Shown here in pieces: positions 38,823 to 48,143 of a stretch of DNA of 64,000 nucleotides (position 1 is its first letter; the number at the start of each line of letters is the position of its first letter). Source of the DNA: a virus (Duplodnaviria; Heunggongvirae; Uroviricota; Caudoviricetes); IMG/VR virus record IMGVR_UViG_3300024341_000001. The stretch is one strand, 5' to 3'. Both the position numbers and the translations under genes were made by a program. The notes under the pieces were generated by a model, which saw only the letters and a program-made list of their open reading frames with translations, had not been told where the DNA came from and did no database searches.

Positions 38823-39299
38823 ATGGCATATACAACTTACGAAGAAGCTGCAAAAGCATTAAGACGCTATCTGAACGATCAGCCACAACTCAACGAATTA
38901 GACGAAGATTTTGAATCCACTGATGATGAGTTAGCTGATTTTATAAAACAATCTTTAAACACCATCAACATGGAATTTTCACCAATTACTTATTGGACTA
39001 TCGCAGATGTGGTAGTTGAACCAGGTGAGAATGGCTATATGCCTTGGAGTACAGTTAGATTAGGAGCTATATTAGAATTACTGACCGCAAAGGGAATCAG
39101 CTCGGCTAGAAATATGCTGGCTTTTTCTGATGCTGGTGGAGTACAAATAAGCCATCACGATAAATGGGGACGTTATATTAATTATTATAATGTAATGAGA
39201 CCAAAATTTGAGAAAGCAGTGGAGACTGCAAAAATTCGCTTTAATGTTAATCAAGCTTATGGCGGTTTTAGTTCTCCATTTTCTTTTGACGTATATTAA
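38823..39299 (+). CDS. hypothetical virion protein
   Basis: 158 aa. Confidence 0.3.
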   Translation: MAYTTYEEAAKALRRYLNDQPQLNELDEDFESTDDELADFIKQSLNTINMEFSPITYWTIADVVVEPGENGYMPWSTVRLGAILELLTAKGISSARNMLAFSDAGGVQISHHDKWGRYINYYNVMRPKFEKAVETAKIRFNVNQAYGGFSSPFSFDVY

Positions 39300-40081
39300 T
39301 GATAAAGATTCTTGATACCGCATTGGCGCAAGTGTCGCCGTCGTTTATAACTGTTAGTTGGACATTGGAACCAACAACTGAAAGTTTCTTAGATTATCAT
39401 ATTGATATTTATAGAAGCGAATTACCTTCCCTGCAAGCAGCGGATTATGATTTAGTTGCGTCAGGTATTTCTCCGTATTATCATGGATCGTATAATGATA
39501 TAACCATTTCTGGTCTAACTACAAAGTACGCCACATACAATTATAAAATAGCCGTAATAAATAATACTACTGAAGAGACTGTTTATTCTTTGCCAAAGGG
39601 TCTTTCAGTAACATCCGACAACGATGCTAGGTATATTATTAAACATCGTGAATTGGTGCTTAATCGATTAAGTGGTGCAGATTTTATATTATTAAAACGC
39701 AAGACTTTTGGAACTTTTTGCACCGCATGTTATGATGAGACTTTGCAGCGTCAATCTGACTCTAAATGCACAGTTTGCTTTGATACCAAGTATACTGGAG
39801 GTTATTATCTTCCACACAGGTTCAGAGCTCAAATGAATAATAATCCTCCCAGACATGTGTTAACAACATATGGTGACTGGCAGGATAGTGATGCTATAAT
39901 AACGATGAGTAACACCCCTGTTTTAAGTCCCACCGATATAATCGTCGATAGATTAGGTGTCAGATGGCGTGTAGTAACTATAAAAACAGTTAATAAAGCA
40001 ATGTTTTTGATATCACAGCAGGCACAAGTTAGACAGGTAGAAATTGACAATATCGTATATTCTTTTCCTATTTCTTGGTAA
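39299..40081 (+). CDS. hypothetical virion protein with Cys knuckles
   Basis: 260 aa; CTACYDE...CTVCFD. Confidence 0.3.
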   Translation: MIKILDTALAQVSPSFITVSWTLEPTTESFLDYHIDIYRSELPSLQAADYDLVASGISPYYHGSYNDITISGLTTKYATYNYKIAVINNTTEETVYSLPKGLSVTSDNDARYIIKHRELVLNRLSGADFILLKRKTFGTFCTACYDETLQRQSDSKCTVCFDTKYTGGYYLPHRFRAQMNNNPPRHVLTTYGDWQDSDAIITMSNTPVLSPTDIIVDRLGVRWRVVTIKTVNKAMFLISQQAQVRQVEIDNIVYSFPISW

Positions 40082-40084
40082 AGT

Positions 40085-40117
40085 AAAAAAAGTTTTAGGT
40101 CCTTTCGGACCCAAAAC
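40085..40117. terminator. hairpin terminator (clearest on minus strand)
   Basis: GTTTTAGGTCC-tttc-GGACCCAAAAC; the minus strand is followed by a U7 run. Confidence 0.55.
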
Positions 40118-40311
40118 TAATTTGACCCAAAGGCTACATTTAGATTTTCATCATAAAATACAGGACGTACTTGTCCACCATCTGTTCTTGTTAGTCTTGG
40201 ATCGCGCAAGTTCGCAAGTGTTATTGTATCTTCACTAGGTAAAACCTTATACGACTGTAGTGCTTTTATATGAAAATTAGAAAACTTTTTCTTTCTACGA
40301 CGTTTAGCCAT
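40117..40311 (-). CDS. small basic protein
   Basis: MAKRRRKKK N-terminus; GGAGA SD. Confidence 0.3.
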   Translation of the reverse strand: MAKRRRKKKFSNFHIKALQSYKVLPSEDTITLANLRDPRLTRTDGGQVRPVFYDENLNVAFGSN

Positions 40312-40363
40312 AGTTCTCCTTTTTTAGAGTTTTTGTTTGAAGAAAGCTTCTAAATTATAACTA

Positions 40364-40372
40364 TCTTATACC
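40364..40372 (+). repeat. TCTTATACC motif copy 13
   Basis: 9 nt before ATG 40382; 53 nt upstream of the minus gene start 40311. Confidence 0.6.
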
Positions 40373-40381
40373 GGAAAAAAC

Positions 40382-40789
40382 ATGTTAAAGTCTGCATTAT
40401 TTACAATAAAACAAGACGAATTATTATCAAAAGATAAGCCACTTGAATTCATTTCAACATCTATACTACATGCTTTTAAACAAGTCAATCCAAAAATCAC
40501 AAAAGAATTAATAACAGTTTTTACCCAATTAAAAGGTGATTCAATGTCTTTTTGGGGCGAAGTAGATGAACGCCCATTACTAAAAGAAGATATATTGCAA
40601 ACAGTGGCCAACGCTGTGGATCATATTGGTCCAAATGGTGAAGGGCTCAAAGCACAAATTACGAAGACTGGTACTGAAGTGTGTATAGTAATAGGTTTTG
40701 TTTATAAAGAAATTACACCTGAATTGTTGGAAAAAGAAAATCCACAACACCATAAAAATGTACAAAGATGGATGGAGATAGGCACATAA
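40382..40789 (+). CDS. hypothetical protein
   Basis: 135 aa. Confidence 0.35.
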   Translation: MLKSALFTIKQDELLSKDKPLEFISTSILHAFKQVNPKITKELITVFTQLKGDSMSFWGEVDERPLLKEDILQTVANAVDHIGPNGEGLKAQITKTGTEVCIVIGFVYKEITPELLEKENPQHHKNVQRWMEIGT

Positions 40790-41052
40790 AGCGCACTAAA
40801 ATATTTACATCTGTGCTCGAGAAAGTTAAAAGTGACAATATAAACAAATACGGAGTATTGACATGCGAAATATGCAAACAGCAAATAGAACACGAGATAT
40901 ACCATTTTGATCATATAATACCAGTATCACGGTATTCCAAAAAACGTACTCCCTTTCGTATGAATGGTGTTCGTAATTTACAAATTACGTGTGAGCGATG
41001 CAATTTAAAGAAAAGTAATAAAATAAAGAAAGTGAAATTTAAGACATTATGA
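40768..41052 (+). CDS. HNH homing endonuclease
   Basis: CEICK...HFDHIIPVSR...NLQITCERCNLKKS. Confidence 0.7.
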   Translation: MDGDRHIKRTKIFTSVLEKVKSDNINKYGVLTCEICKQQIEHEIYHFDHIIPVSRYSKKRTPFRMNGVRNLQITCERCNLKKSNKIKKVKFKTL

Positions 41053-41891
41053 AGATATTTGAATTTCGTAGAAATGAATGGGGTATAGCTTTTAAACGCA
41101 TTTCAGATGCGTTGCATAGGTATGCGCCTGATTGGGTCGAATGGACCAACTATGAAAATTGTGACATTATGATTGTTCATGTAGTTGGAGGCGGAGAAAT
41201 TCCTGCATTAGAGATGCCTAAACCGAAAGTGGTGATTCAACATTGTTATTTTACCGCCAGTGCGCATGAAATAGATTACGCAAAATATTGGGCACAATCT
41301 ATTATGGCCGTTTCATTTCATGACTTACGTAAATATACTGATAAAGATATCCCTTATTATGGTATGCCATGGGGTGCAGACGATAATGTTTTTTGTCGCA
41401 CAAATACGGGTAATCGTGCCATTAAAGTAATTGCTACGGGGCATATCGCTGAAACTGAGGCCATAGATAAAGTATATGAAGCAGTCAAACAATTAAAACA
41501 AACTTTATATCATACCGGACAAAATTTTGGATGGGACAAACGATTCTACAGATACTTAGATTATATGCCAGATAATGAGTTCGCTGAGGTACTTAATGGC
41601 ACACAATATATATCAGCGTTACGTTTTATTGAAGGCTTCGAATTAATGGCAATTGAAGGCTTGTTTTGCGGGGCACGCCCGATTATACCAGATGATCCAA
41701 CTTATGATTGGTATCGGGAACATGCATATACAATAGTCAAGGACAAAGATATAGTAGAACAATTAGTTGAAATTCTAAAAGATACCCCGCGACCAATGGA
41801 TGAAAATGAACGCTTAGTGATTGTAAATAAATTTAAATGGTCTCATTTAATTGGAGACTTTTTTACCACTTTAAAACAAAGGATAAATTAA
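41049..41891 (+). CDS. GT-B fold glycosyltransferase (GT4-like)
   Basis: EGFELMAIEGLFCGARPI matches the E-x7-E donor-binding motif EGFGLxxLEAMAxGxPVI. Confidence 0.5.
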   Translation: MKIFEFRRNEWGIAFKRISDALHRYAPDWVEWTNYENCDIMIVHVVGGGEIPALEMPKPKVVIQHCYFTASAHEIDYAKYWAQSIMAVSFHDLRKYTDKDIPYYGMPWGADDNVFCRTNTGNRAIKVIATGHIAETEAIDKVYEAVKQLKQTLYHTGQNFGWDKRFYRYLDYMPDNEFAEVLNGTQYISALRFIEGFELMAIEGLFCGARPIIPDDPTYDWYREHAYTIVKDKDIVEQLVEILKDTPRPMDENERLVIVNKFKWSHLIGDFFTTLKQRIN

Positions 41892-42322
41892 TGGAGGCTC
41901 AAACACGTTACTATGTACCTACTTTTGCCGAACTTATAGATCGTCTTAGTATAGTTATCTTGAAGTCAATATTCGCATCTGAGAATTCTGCAGCATACGA
42001 AGAAGAACAAAAACTTATCATGGCCGATATCAATATGTTATTAACTACAACACCGTCAGTTAGTGCTGATATGATTCGTGCTATATTAATAGTTATGCTA
42101 ACCAATAGGTATATATGGGAGAACGAAAGCAAGGCGCGTGCTGGTGGTTCAGAACAAGATAAACTTTTAAAATTGACGCACTCGATAAATGGTGTACGTA
42201 ATACAGCTAAGAATGTTATTTCGCGTGAACGCGGAGAGCGTGTAGACTTAAAAATAGATGCGCTGGCTGCAGGGTTAATTCAGGAGTTCGGTAATTGGAA
42301 TATATTTAAAGGCGACAAATGA
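41891..42322 (+). CDS. hypothetical protein of the sugar island
   Basis: ATG at 41891 overlaps the upstream stop (TAATG); the track ORF 41837.. is an upstream extension. Confidence 0.3.
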   Translation: MEAQTRYYVPTFAELIDRLSIVILKSIFASENSAAYEEEQKLIMADINMLLTTTPSVSADMIRAILIVMLTNRYIWENESKARAGGSEQDKLLKLTHSINGVRNTAKNVISRERGERVDLKIDALAAGLIQEFGNWNIFKGDK

Positions 42323-43167
42323 AATTAACTGCCGTCGCAACTTGTAGAAATGATGGTTATCGGGGTGATTTACATTTACGAGTACCATTTAGTATTAATG
42401 CATTGACCGCCACATTCGATGAAGTAATTTATGTTGATTGGAATTCACCGTCAGGTATAGACTTGATAACAGCGCTTGGAGATGCCATAAATAAAACAGG
42501 TAAATTACGAGTATTAAAAGTAAATAAGGCACAAACAGATCAAGTCACAAAGAACGATCCTGGTGCGCCGGCAAGTTGTGGGTTACTAGGTAATAATATG
42601 GCAATACGTAGGTCCACAGGAGACTGGATATTAATAACATCATTAGATTCGATTGTACCCGATCGAGCATCATTTGAAAAATTAACCGCAGACCCAAAAA
42701 TAGGTTGGGTCATTTCTAGGCATGATGTAGATTTTGCGGAATTAAAACAATTTAATGCTAAAGATATAGAAGTTGTTCAAAGGTATTTTAGGGAAAATCT
42801 ACCAAGATATGGTGGGCACGGTTTTAGTGGGGCCTGCGCTGGTGATGTGTGGTCTATCCTTGATTGTTGTGGTGATTTTCAGTTTTTTCATAAAGACGTT
42901 TTATTTGAAATACGTGGTTATGAAGAAGAATATTTTTATAAAGGGTACACTGATAGTAATTTAAATAAGAAAGCTATTCTCGCAGGATATCCCGTAAAAC
43001 CATGTTTTGATATCGCTACCATGCATATGAGTCATCCGGGATATGGTTTCGGTGGAACCGGCTCACGAATAAATGACATCTACGGTTGTTTAATAAATGC
43101 AGGTGCTACCAAGAACGCCGCCACATGGGGCGCGTCTCCATTTACATTAGAAGAATTTACTGTATGA
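42319..43167 (+). CDS. GT-A fold glycosyltransferase (GT2-like)
   Basis: IYVDWNSPSG and LITSLDSIVPD resemble the GT2 nucleotide-binding/DXD motifs; RGYEEEYFYKG region. Confidence 0.4.
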   Translation: MKLTAVATCRNDGYRGDLHLRVPFSINALTATFDEVIYVDWNSPSGIDLITALGDAINKTGKLRVLKVNKAQTDQVTKNDPGAPASCGLLGNNMAIRRSTGDWILITSLDSIVPDRASFEKLTADPKIGWVISRHDVDFAELKQFNAKDIEVVQRYFRENLPRYGGHGFSGACAGDVWSILDCCGDFQFFHKDVLFEIRGYEEEYFYKGYTDSNLNKKAILAGYPVKPCFDIATMHMSHPGYGFGGTGSRINDIYGCLINAGATKNAATWGASPFTLEEFTV

Positions 43168-44525
43168 AAATTTTGTTCTGTATATATGAATTGGATTATG
43201 CTGATCATATAGCGATAGCGCACTTATCCGCTATTGCTAAAAAACGTGATCATCAGACATTTTTCTGTGCTTTAACAGATTATCCAACTGTTTTGAATTC
43301 ATATAAACCGGACATTGTAGCTTATTCTTTAAATGTTTATGGATATAAAGAAATGATTGATGCACATAAATTAGCGAAAACAAAACACAATTTTTTATCT
43401 ATAGCTGGTGGGCCTCAGATTACTTTTGCACCGCAAGATTTCGAAAACACGGCCATCGACGCTTTCTGTGTTGGCGAGGGAGATCTTGTATTTGATGACT
43501 TTCTTAAATGTGTAGAAAATAATGAATCCTACGACAATGTTTTAAATATAATAACAAAAGAAAAGATAAATCCTATACGACCACTCATTAGTGACTTAAA
43601 TATTTTGCCCGAAGCGGACAGGGATTTGGTGTTGAATAATTCCTTCTTAAAGAATACTCCTAAAAAAACCTTTTACGCTACAAGGGGATGCCCGTTCTTT
43701 TGTCATTATTGTGCAAATAGCGCGTATCGTGCTTTGTATAAAGGGAAGGGTAAATCTGCTAGACGGTTTTCACCAGATCGAATTATTGATGAAATACAAC
43801 GTGTTCGTAAAAATTATCGCACAGAGTTCATAAAATTCGGGGACGATCTTTTCGCATTAAAAGCAGATAGTTGGCTTGATGCGTTTACCCGTAGATATAA
43901 GAAGGAAGTAGATTTGCCGTTCAATTGCTATTTACGCATTGACCACGTAGATAAAGATTTACTTGCTATGTTGAAGTCCGCCAATTGCTACTCCGTTCAT
44001 CTATCCGTTGACAGTATGTCAGAACATGTGCGCGAAGCAGTATTGGGACGACATATGCAAAAGATCGATGTAACGAAAACAGCGCGTATGATCGCAGATA
44101 CAGGAATACGCACGTGGGTTAATTTTATGTTGGCGGCTCCTGAATCTACGGTGAAAGATGATATGGATATCATTGATTTTGGTTATAAAGGTAAGGTTAC
44201 ATATTTGGCCTGTTCAACTACAGTACCAATGAATGGTACCAAACTTTATGAATATAGTTTACAAAAAGGTATTCTTGATCCAACATATGTAGGAGATATG
44301 ACAGACTGTTCAAAGAAATCCCCGTACAAGTCTTTTTCTGAACGTGAAAAAGAAATACGCTATAATATTTTCTTACTTGGAAGTTTTGCGGCTAAATTAC
44401 CTAATCCATTACGCGCGTGTATGAAATTACTTATACGCTATATAAAACCTAATAAATTATTTATATTTGTCAGAGATAAGTATTACAAGTATAGTATAGA
44501 AAACAGAATTTTTAAATTAGCATAA
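43164..44525 (+). CDS. B12-binding radical SAM enzyme (class-B rSAM, methyltransferase-like)
   Basis: CPFFCHYCAN = CxxxCxxC radical-SAM cluster; N-terminal cobalamin-binding-like domain; ATG 43164 overlaps the upstream stop (ATGA). Confidence 0.6.
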   Translation: MKILFCIYELDYADHIAIAHLSAIAKKRDHQTFFCALTDYPTVLNSYKPDIVAYSLNVYGYKEMIDAHKLAKTKHNFLSIAGGPQITFAPQDFENTAIDAFCVGEGDLVFDDFLKCVENNESYDNVLNIITKEKINPIRPLISDLNILPEADRDLVLNNSFLKNTPKKTFYATRGCPFFCHYCANSAYRALYKGKGKSARRFSPDRIIDEIQRVRKNYRTEFIKFGDDLFALKADSWLDAFTRRYKKEVDLPFNCYLRIDHVDKDLLAMLKSANCYSVHLSVDSMSEHVREAVLGRHMQKIDVTKTARMIADTGIRTWVNFMLAAPESTVKDDMDIIDFGYKGKVTYLACSTTVPMNGTKLYEYSLQKGILDPTYVGDMTDCSKKSPYKSFSEREKEIRYNIFLLGSFAAKLPNPLRACMKLLIRYIKPNKLFIFVRDKYYKYSIENRIFKLA

Positions 44526-44527
44526 TT

Positions 44528-45181
44528 ATGGAATTATTTAGAGAAAAACAAAGAGAAATAACTATTACAAAACAAGAGCTCATTGATTTTGAAAGTGATG
44601 TCGCTGCTCGATGGGAACAAGGGCAAATAAAAGCTCCTGTTCACCTGTCTTTTAATAATGAGGATTATTTGATCGAATTATTTCAATTTATTCATCCAGA
44701 TGACTGGGTGTTTACAACTTGGCGAAATCATTATCATGCATTATTACACGGAGTTCCCAAAGATGAGTTATTAAATAAAATATTGGCAGGCCAAAGCATA
44801 TCATTTCAATCTCCACAACATCATCTTTATACGTCAGCTATCGTTGGTGGTATACTACCTATTGCAGTTGGTGCGGCGGCTGGACTGAAACTAAATCTTA
44901 ACACAACTCGCATGGTGTGGTGCTTTGTTGGTGATATGGCCAGTGAAAGTGGTATCTTTTACGAAGCAGTGAAGTATTCGGTACGTAATGATCTTCCTAT
45001 TCATTTTGTTATAGAAGATAATGGATTAAGCACAAATACGCCAACACAGGAAGCATGGGGTAAATTACGATCGGCCGAATTATTTGTAGATATTGAATCC
45101 CCCGAAAAATATATATCATATTTTAGTTATAAACGTGAACGCTATCCGCATGTAGGGATAGGGAAATGGATACATTTCTAA
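44528..45181 (+). CDS. TPP-dependent enzyme, PP-domain subunit (E1-alpha/transketolase-N-like)
   Basis: GDMASESGIFYEA...N...FVIEDNG = GDG-x(25-30)-N thiamine-diphosphate fold. Confidence 0.55.
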   Translation: MELFREKQREITITKQELIDFESDVAARWEQGQIKAPVHLSFNNEDYLIELFQFIHPDDWVFTTWRNHYHALLHGVPKDELLNKILAGQSISFQSPQHHLYTSAIVGGILPIAVGAAAGLKLNLNTTRMVWCFVGDMASESGIFYEAVKYSVRNDLPIHFVIEDNGLSTNTPTQEAWGKLRSAELFVDIESPEKYISYFSYKRERYPHVGIGKWIHF

Positions 45182-45726
45182 TGGACTATTTTGATGAATT
45201 AAAGCGAGCAATGAAGTATTTGGGCGAACAATCAAATACAAAGTTTATCGGACAATCAGTGGTGTGGGACGGTCATGCCTTATTTAAAAGTTTAGTAGAT
45301 GTGCCAATGGAAAAACGTATTGAATTACCAGTATTCGAAGATTTCCAGATGGGGCTTAGTATTGGTATGGCCTTGGAAGGAATAGTTCCAATCAGTATTT
45401 ATCCAAGAGCCGACTTTTTAATCATAGCTGCGAATCAAATAACTAACCATTTGGCAAATATACGTAAAGTATCCGAAGGCGGGTATAAACCTAAAATTAT
45501 AATACGAACTAGCGTCGGCGCTATCGAGCCGCTATATCCTGGTCCTCAACATTGTCAGGATCATACTGAGGCATTGAAGTTATTATGTCGCGGAGAAATT
45601 GAGGTTGTCCAATTAAAAAGTAAGTATGATATATTATATGCTTATTATATTGCATATACCCGAGAAGATGGTAAGTCTACAATATTAATTGAATACGGTG
45701 ATCTATATCATAAGGTGGAGGCATGA
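45166..45726 (+). CDS. TPP-dependent enzyme, pyrimidine-binding subunit (E1-beta/transketolase-C-like)
   Basis: FIGQSVVWDG...FEDFQMGLSIGMALEG transketolase-type Pyr domain; overlaps the partner gene. Confidence 0.5.
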   Translation: MDTFLMDYFDELKRAMKYLGEQSNTKFIGQSVVWDGHALFKSLVDVPMEKRIELPVFEDFQMGLSIGMALEGIVPISIYPRADFLIIAANQITNHLANIRKVSEGGYKPKIIIRTSVGAIEPLYPGPQHCQDHTEALKLLCRGEIEVVQLKSKYDILYAYYIAYTREDGKSTILIEYGDLYHKVEA

Positions 45727-46436
45727 TCGAGGTAAGTATTTTTGGTGCGGCAATACGTACTAATATTTGGCTTGAGTTATACGAGAATTTTCGCAAGGCA
45801 GGCGTTTCCTTTGAAATGATATTTGCTGGTCCTAACATACCATCATATACTTTACCCGATAATTTTAAACACATTCATACGTCGGTTAAACCCGCACAGG
45901 CAATTGAGATTACCAGACGAGCCTGCACCGGTCGATTTATAATGAATACGGCTGATGATATGTGTTATCCTGACGATATGTTAGCTAGATTTGTAGACGC
46001 GTGGGAAAAAGCACCGAATAAAAAAACAATGTTTTCGGGTAGATATGCCTCCGCAGATCTTATAAGTATTGAGAGTATACAACATTACAATATGAATGTT
46101 ATGACTAGTCCGTTAGTGCCCTTAAATGGATTCTTATCTAGAGAAACATCGGATGAAATCGGAGGGCTTGATACTAATTTTATAGGATTATATTGGGACC
46201 TGGATCGAGCATTACGTCTTTATGAATTAGGCGGACTTGTGCAAATTTTGTGGGATATCGCTGCATATGAAACACAGCCACATCAATTGTTAAATAATTA
46301 TGGTGCGGCAGATCGTATGTATTTAAATTTTCTTTATGGGGAATATGGGAAACAGAAAAGAAAGAAACCAGTAGATCATTATAAGGATAATGATCTATTA
46401 ACAATATCACAGGGGCAAAAAGGAAGCTGGACATGA
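45723..46436 (+). CDS. hypothetical protein of the sugar island
   Basis: 237 aa. Confidence 0.3.
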   Translation: MIEVSIFGAAIRTNIWLELYENFRKAGVSFEMIFAGPNIPSYTLPDNFKHIHTSVKPAQAIEITRRACTGRFIMNTADDMCYPDDMLARFVDAWEKAPNKKTMFSGRYASADLISIESIQHYNMNVMTSPLVPLNGFLSRETSDEIGGLDTNFIGLYWDLDRALRLYELGGLVQILWDIAAYETQPHQLLNNYGAADRMYLNFLYGEYGKQKRKKPVDHYKDNDLLTISQGQKGSWT

Positions 46437-47386
46437 AAAAAATATTAGTTTGTGGTTGCACAGGATTTATGGGGTATAATATTTCGTATTATTTTAGACA
46501 CGATTACGAAGTAGTGGGCGTTGCTCATACTAAAGCAAATTGTCCTGATAATATAAAATTATTATCGTGCGATCTAACAACGCAAAAAGGCGTAGATCAT
46601 GTGATGAGTTATGGCCCATATGATGTAATAATTCAAGCAGCCGCAACAACATCTGGATCGAAAGATATAACAACAAAACCTTACATACATGTAACTGACA
46701 ATGCTGTAATGAACTCATTGTTATTACGTGCGGCTTATGAACACAGTGTACCGCAGTTTATATTCCTGAGTTGTGGGGTGATGTATCAACCTGGGGACAC
46801 GCCGAGAAAAGAAACGGACTATGATGAATCGGATAAAATAGTACCGGCTTATTTTGGTGTCGGGTGGACTAAGGTATATATCGAAAAAATGTGTTAATTT
46901 TATTCAAGATTAGGTCGTACTAAACATATGGTTATACGACATTCGAATACTTTTGGACCACAAGATAAATATGATTATGAGCACTCACATGTATTCGGCG
47001 CCACGGTTAGAAAAGTAATGGATGCGGAGTACGGAGACACGATTACGGTGTGGGGTAATGGCACTGATACAGCACGCGATTTGATCTATGTCGACGATGT
47101 AGTACATTTTATTGATTTGGCTATTAACTTACAACATAAACCATACGATTTAGTGAATGTGTCTTATGGCAAAGCTATAACTGTAAAAGAAATGGTTGAA
47201 AGTATTATAGTGCAATCAGGCAAGGATTTAAAAATAACATATGACACTTCTAAACCCGCGATTCCAACTATTCTAGCGTTAGATAATAATAAAGCATTAG
47301 TTGACTATGGATGGAAGCCGCTACATACATTTTCACAGGGTATTTTTAAAACAATGAAATGGTATGGATCTGAATTTAAAGGCTAA
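46433..47386 (+). CDS. NAD-dependent epimerase/dehydratase interrupted by one in-frame TAA (46895..46897)
   Basis: GCTGFMG Rossmann motif. YFGVGWTKVYIEKMC = YxxxK block. The TAA sits in frame at one residue position of the conserved segment, and ...RHSNTFGP continues in the same frame (46928..47386 in the track). Confidence 0.5.
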
Positions 47387-48143
47387 ACAATTACGTAAGA
47401 AAATGTTTGAGACTGCGGTAAGGGCTGGTCGCGGTCATCTTGGCGGTGCGTTGTCATGCATGGACATATTAGTGTCGTTATATTATGGCGATATTGTTAC
47501 AAATGATACTAAATTTATTTTAAGTAAAGGCCATTCTGGGATTGCTTTATATACTGTACTTGCGGAACGTAACATTATATCTAACACCGAATTACATACA
47601 TTCTGCAAAAATGGTAGTTTGTTATCAGAGCATCCTAACAATCATATTCCTGGAATCATAACTATAACAGGATCGTTAGGTAATGGACTTGGTATTGGCG
47701 CAGGAATAGCTTTTGCCAAAAAACTTAATAATACTCCGGACAATGTTTTTGTATTAATGGGAGATGGCGAGTGCAATGAGGGGTCAGTGTGGGAAGCCGT
47801 ACGTTTTGCAGCTGTTCATGCCCTAACAAATTTACGAGTCATTGTTGATTGCAATGGATTTCAGTCCACCGATGCTGTGGATAAAAACACCACATATAGA
47901 CAGTTAATGAAAATATGGTCGGCATTTGGATGGATGTCGTATGTTGTGGATGGACACAATATTTTGCATTTGATAGAAGCCTATAAAAATGCATCTATAG
48001 TAACACCGACAGTTTATATAGCTCGTACAGTAAAAGGTAAAGGAATATCCTTTATGGAGAATAATGTAACAAGTCACCACGGATTACCAAATAAGGGTGA
48101 TACAATTTCTGCATTGGAGGAATTATCATATGGACTTGCGTGA
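47364..48143 (+). CDS. transketolase, N-terminal subunit
   Basis: GHLGGALSCMDI, SKGH, GSLGNGLGIGAGIA, MGDGECNEGSVWEA, IVDCNG. Confidence 0.7.
   Translation: MDLNLKAKQLRKKMFETAVRAGRGHLGGALSCMDILVSLYYGDIVTNDTKFILSKGHSGIALYTVLAERNIISNTELHTFCKNGSLLSEHPNNHIPGIITITGSLGNGLGIGAGIAFAKKLNNTPDNVFVLMGDGECNEGSVWEAVRFAAVHALTNLRVIVDCNGFQSTDAVDKNTTYRQLMKIWSAFGWMSYVVDGHNILHLIEAYKNASIVTPTVYIARTVKGKGISFMENNVTSHHGLPNKGDTISALEELSYGLA

Noticed and set aside
28815-47386. Global reassignment of TAA to a sense codon
   Set aside because: TAA is the stop codon of most well-delimited genes in the window (298..1515, 8424..9695, terminase, capsid candidate and others) and is followed by terminators or new SD-ATG starts. 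Only local readthrough or suppression, or sequence error, fits.
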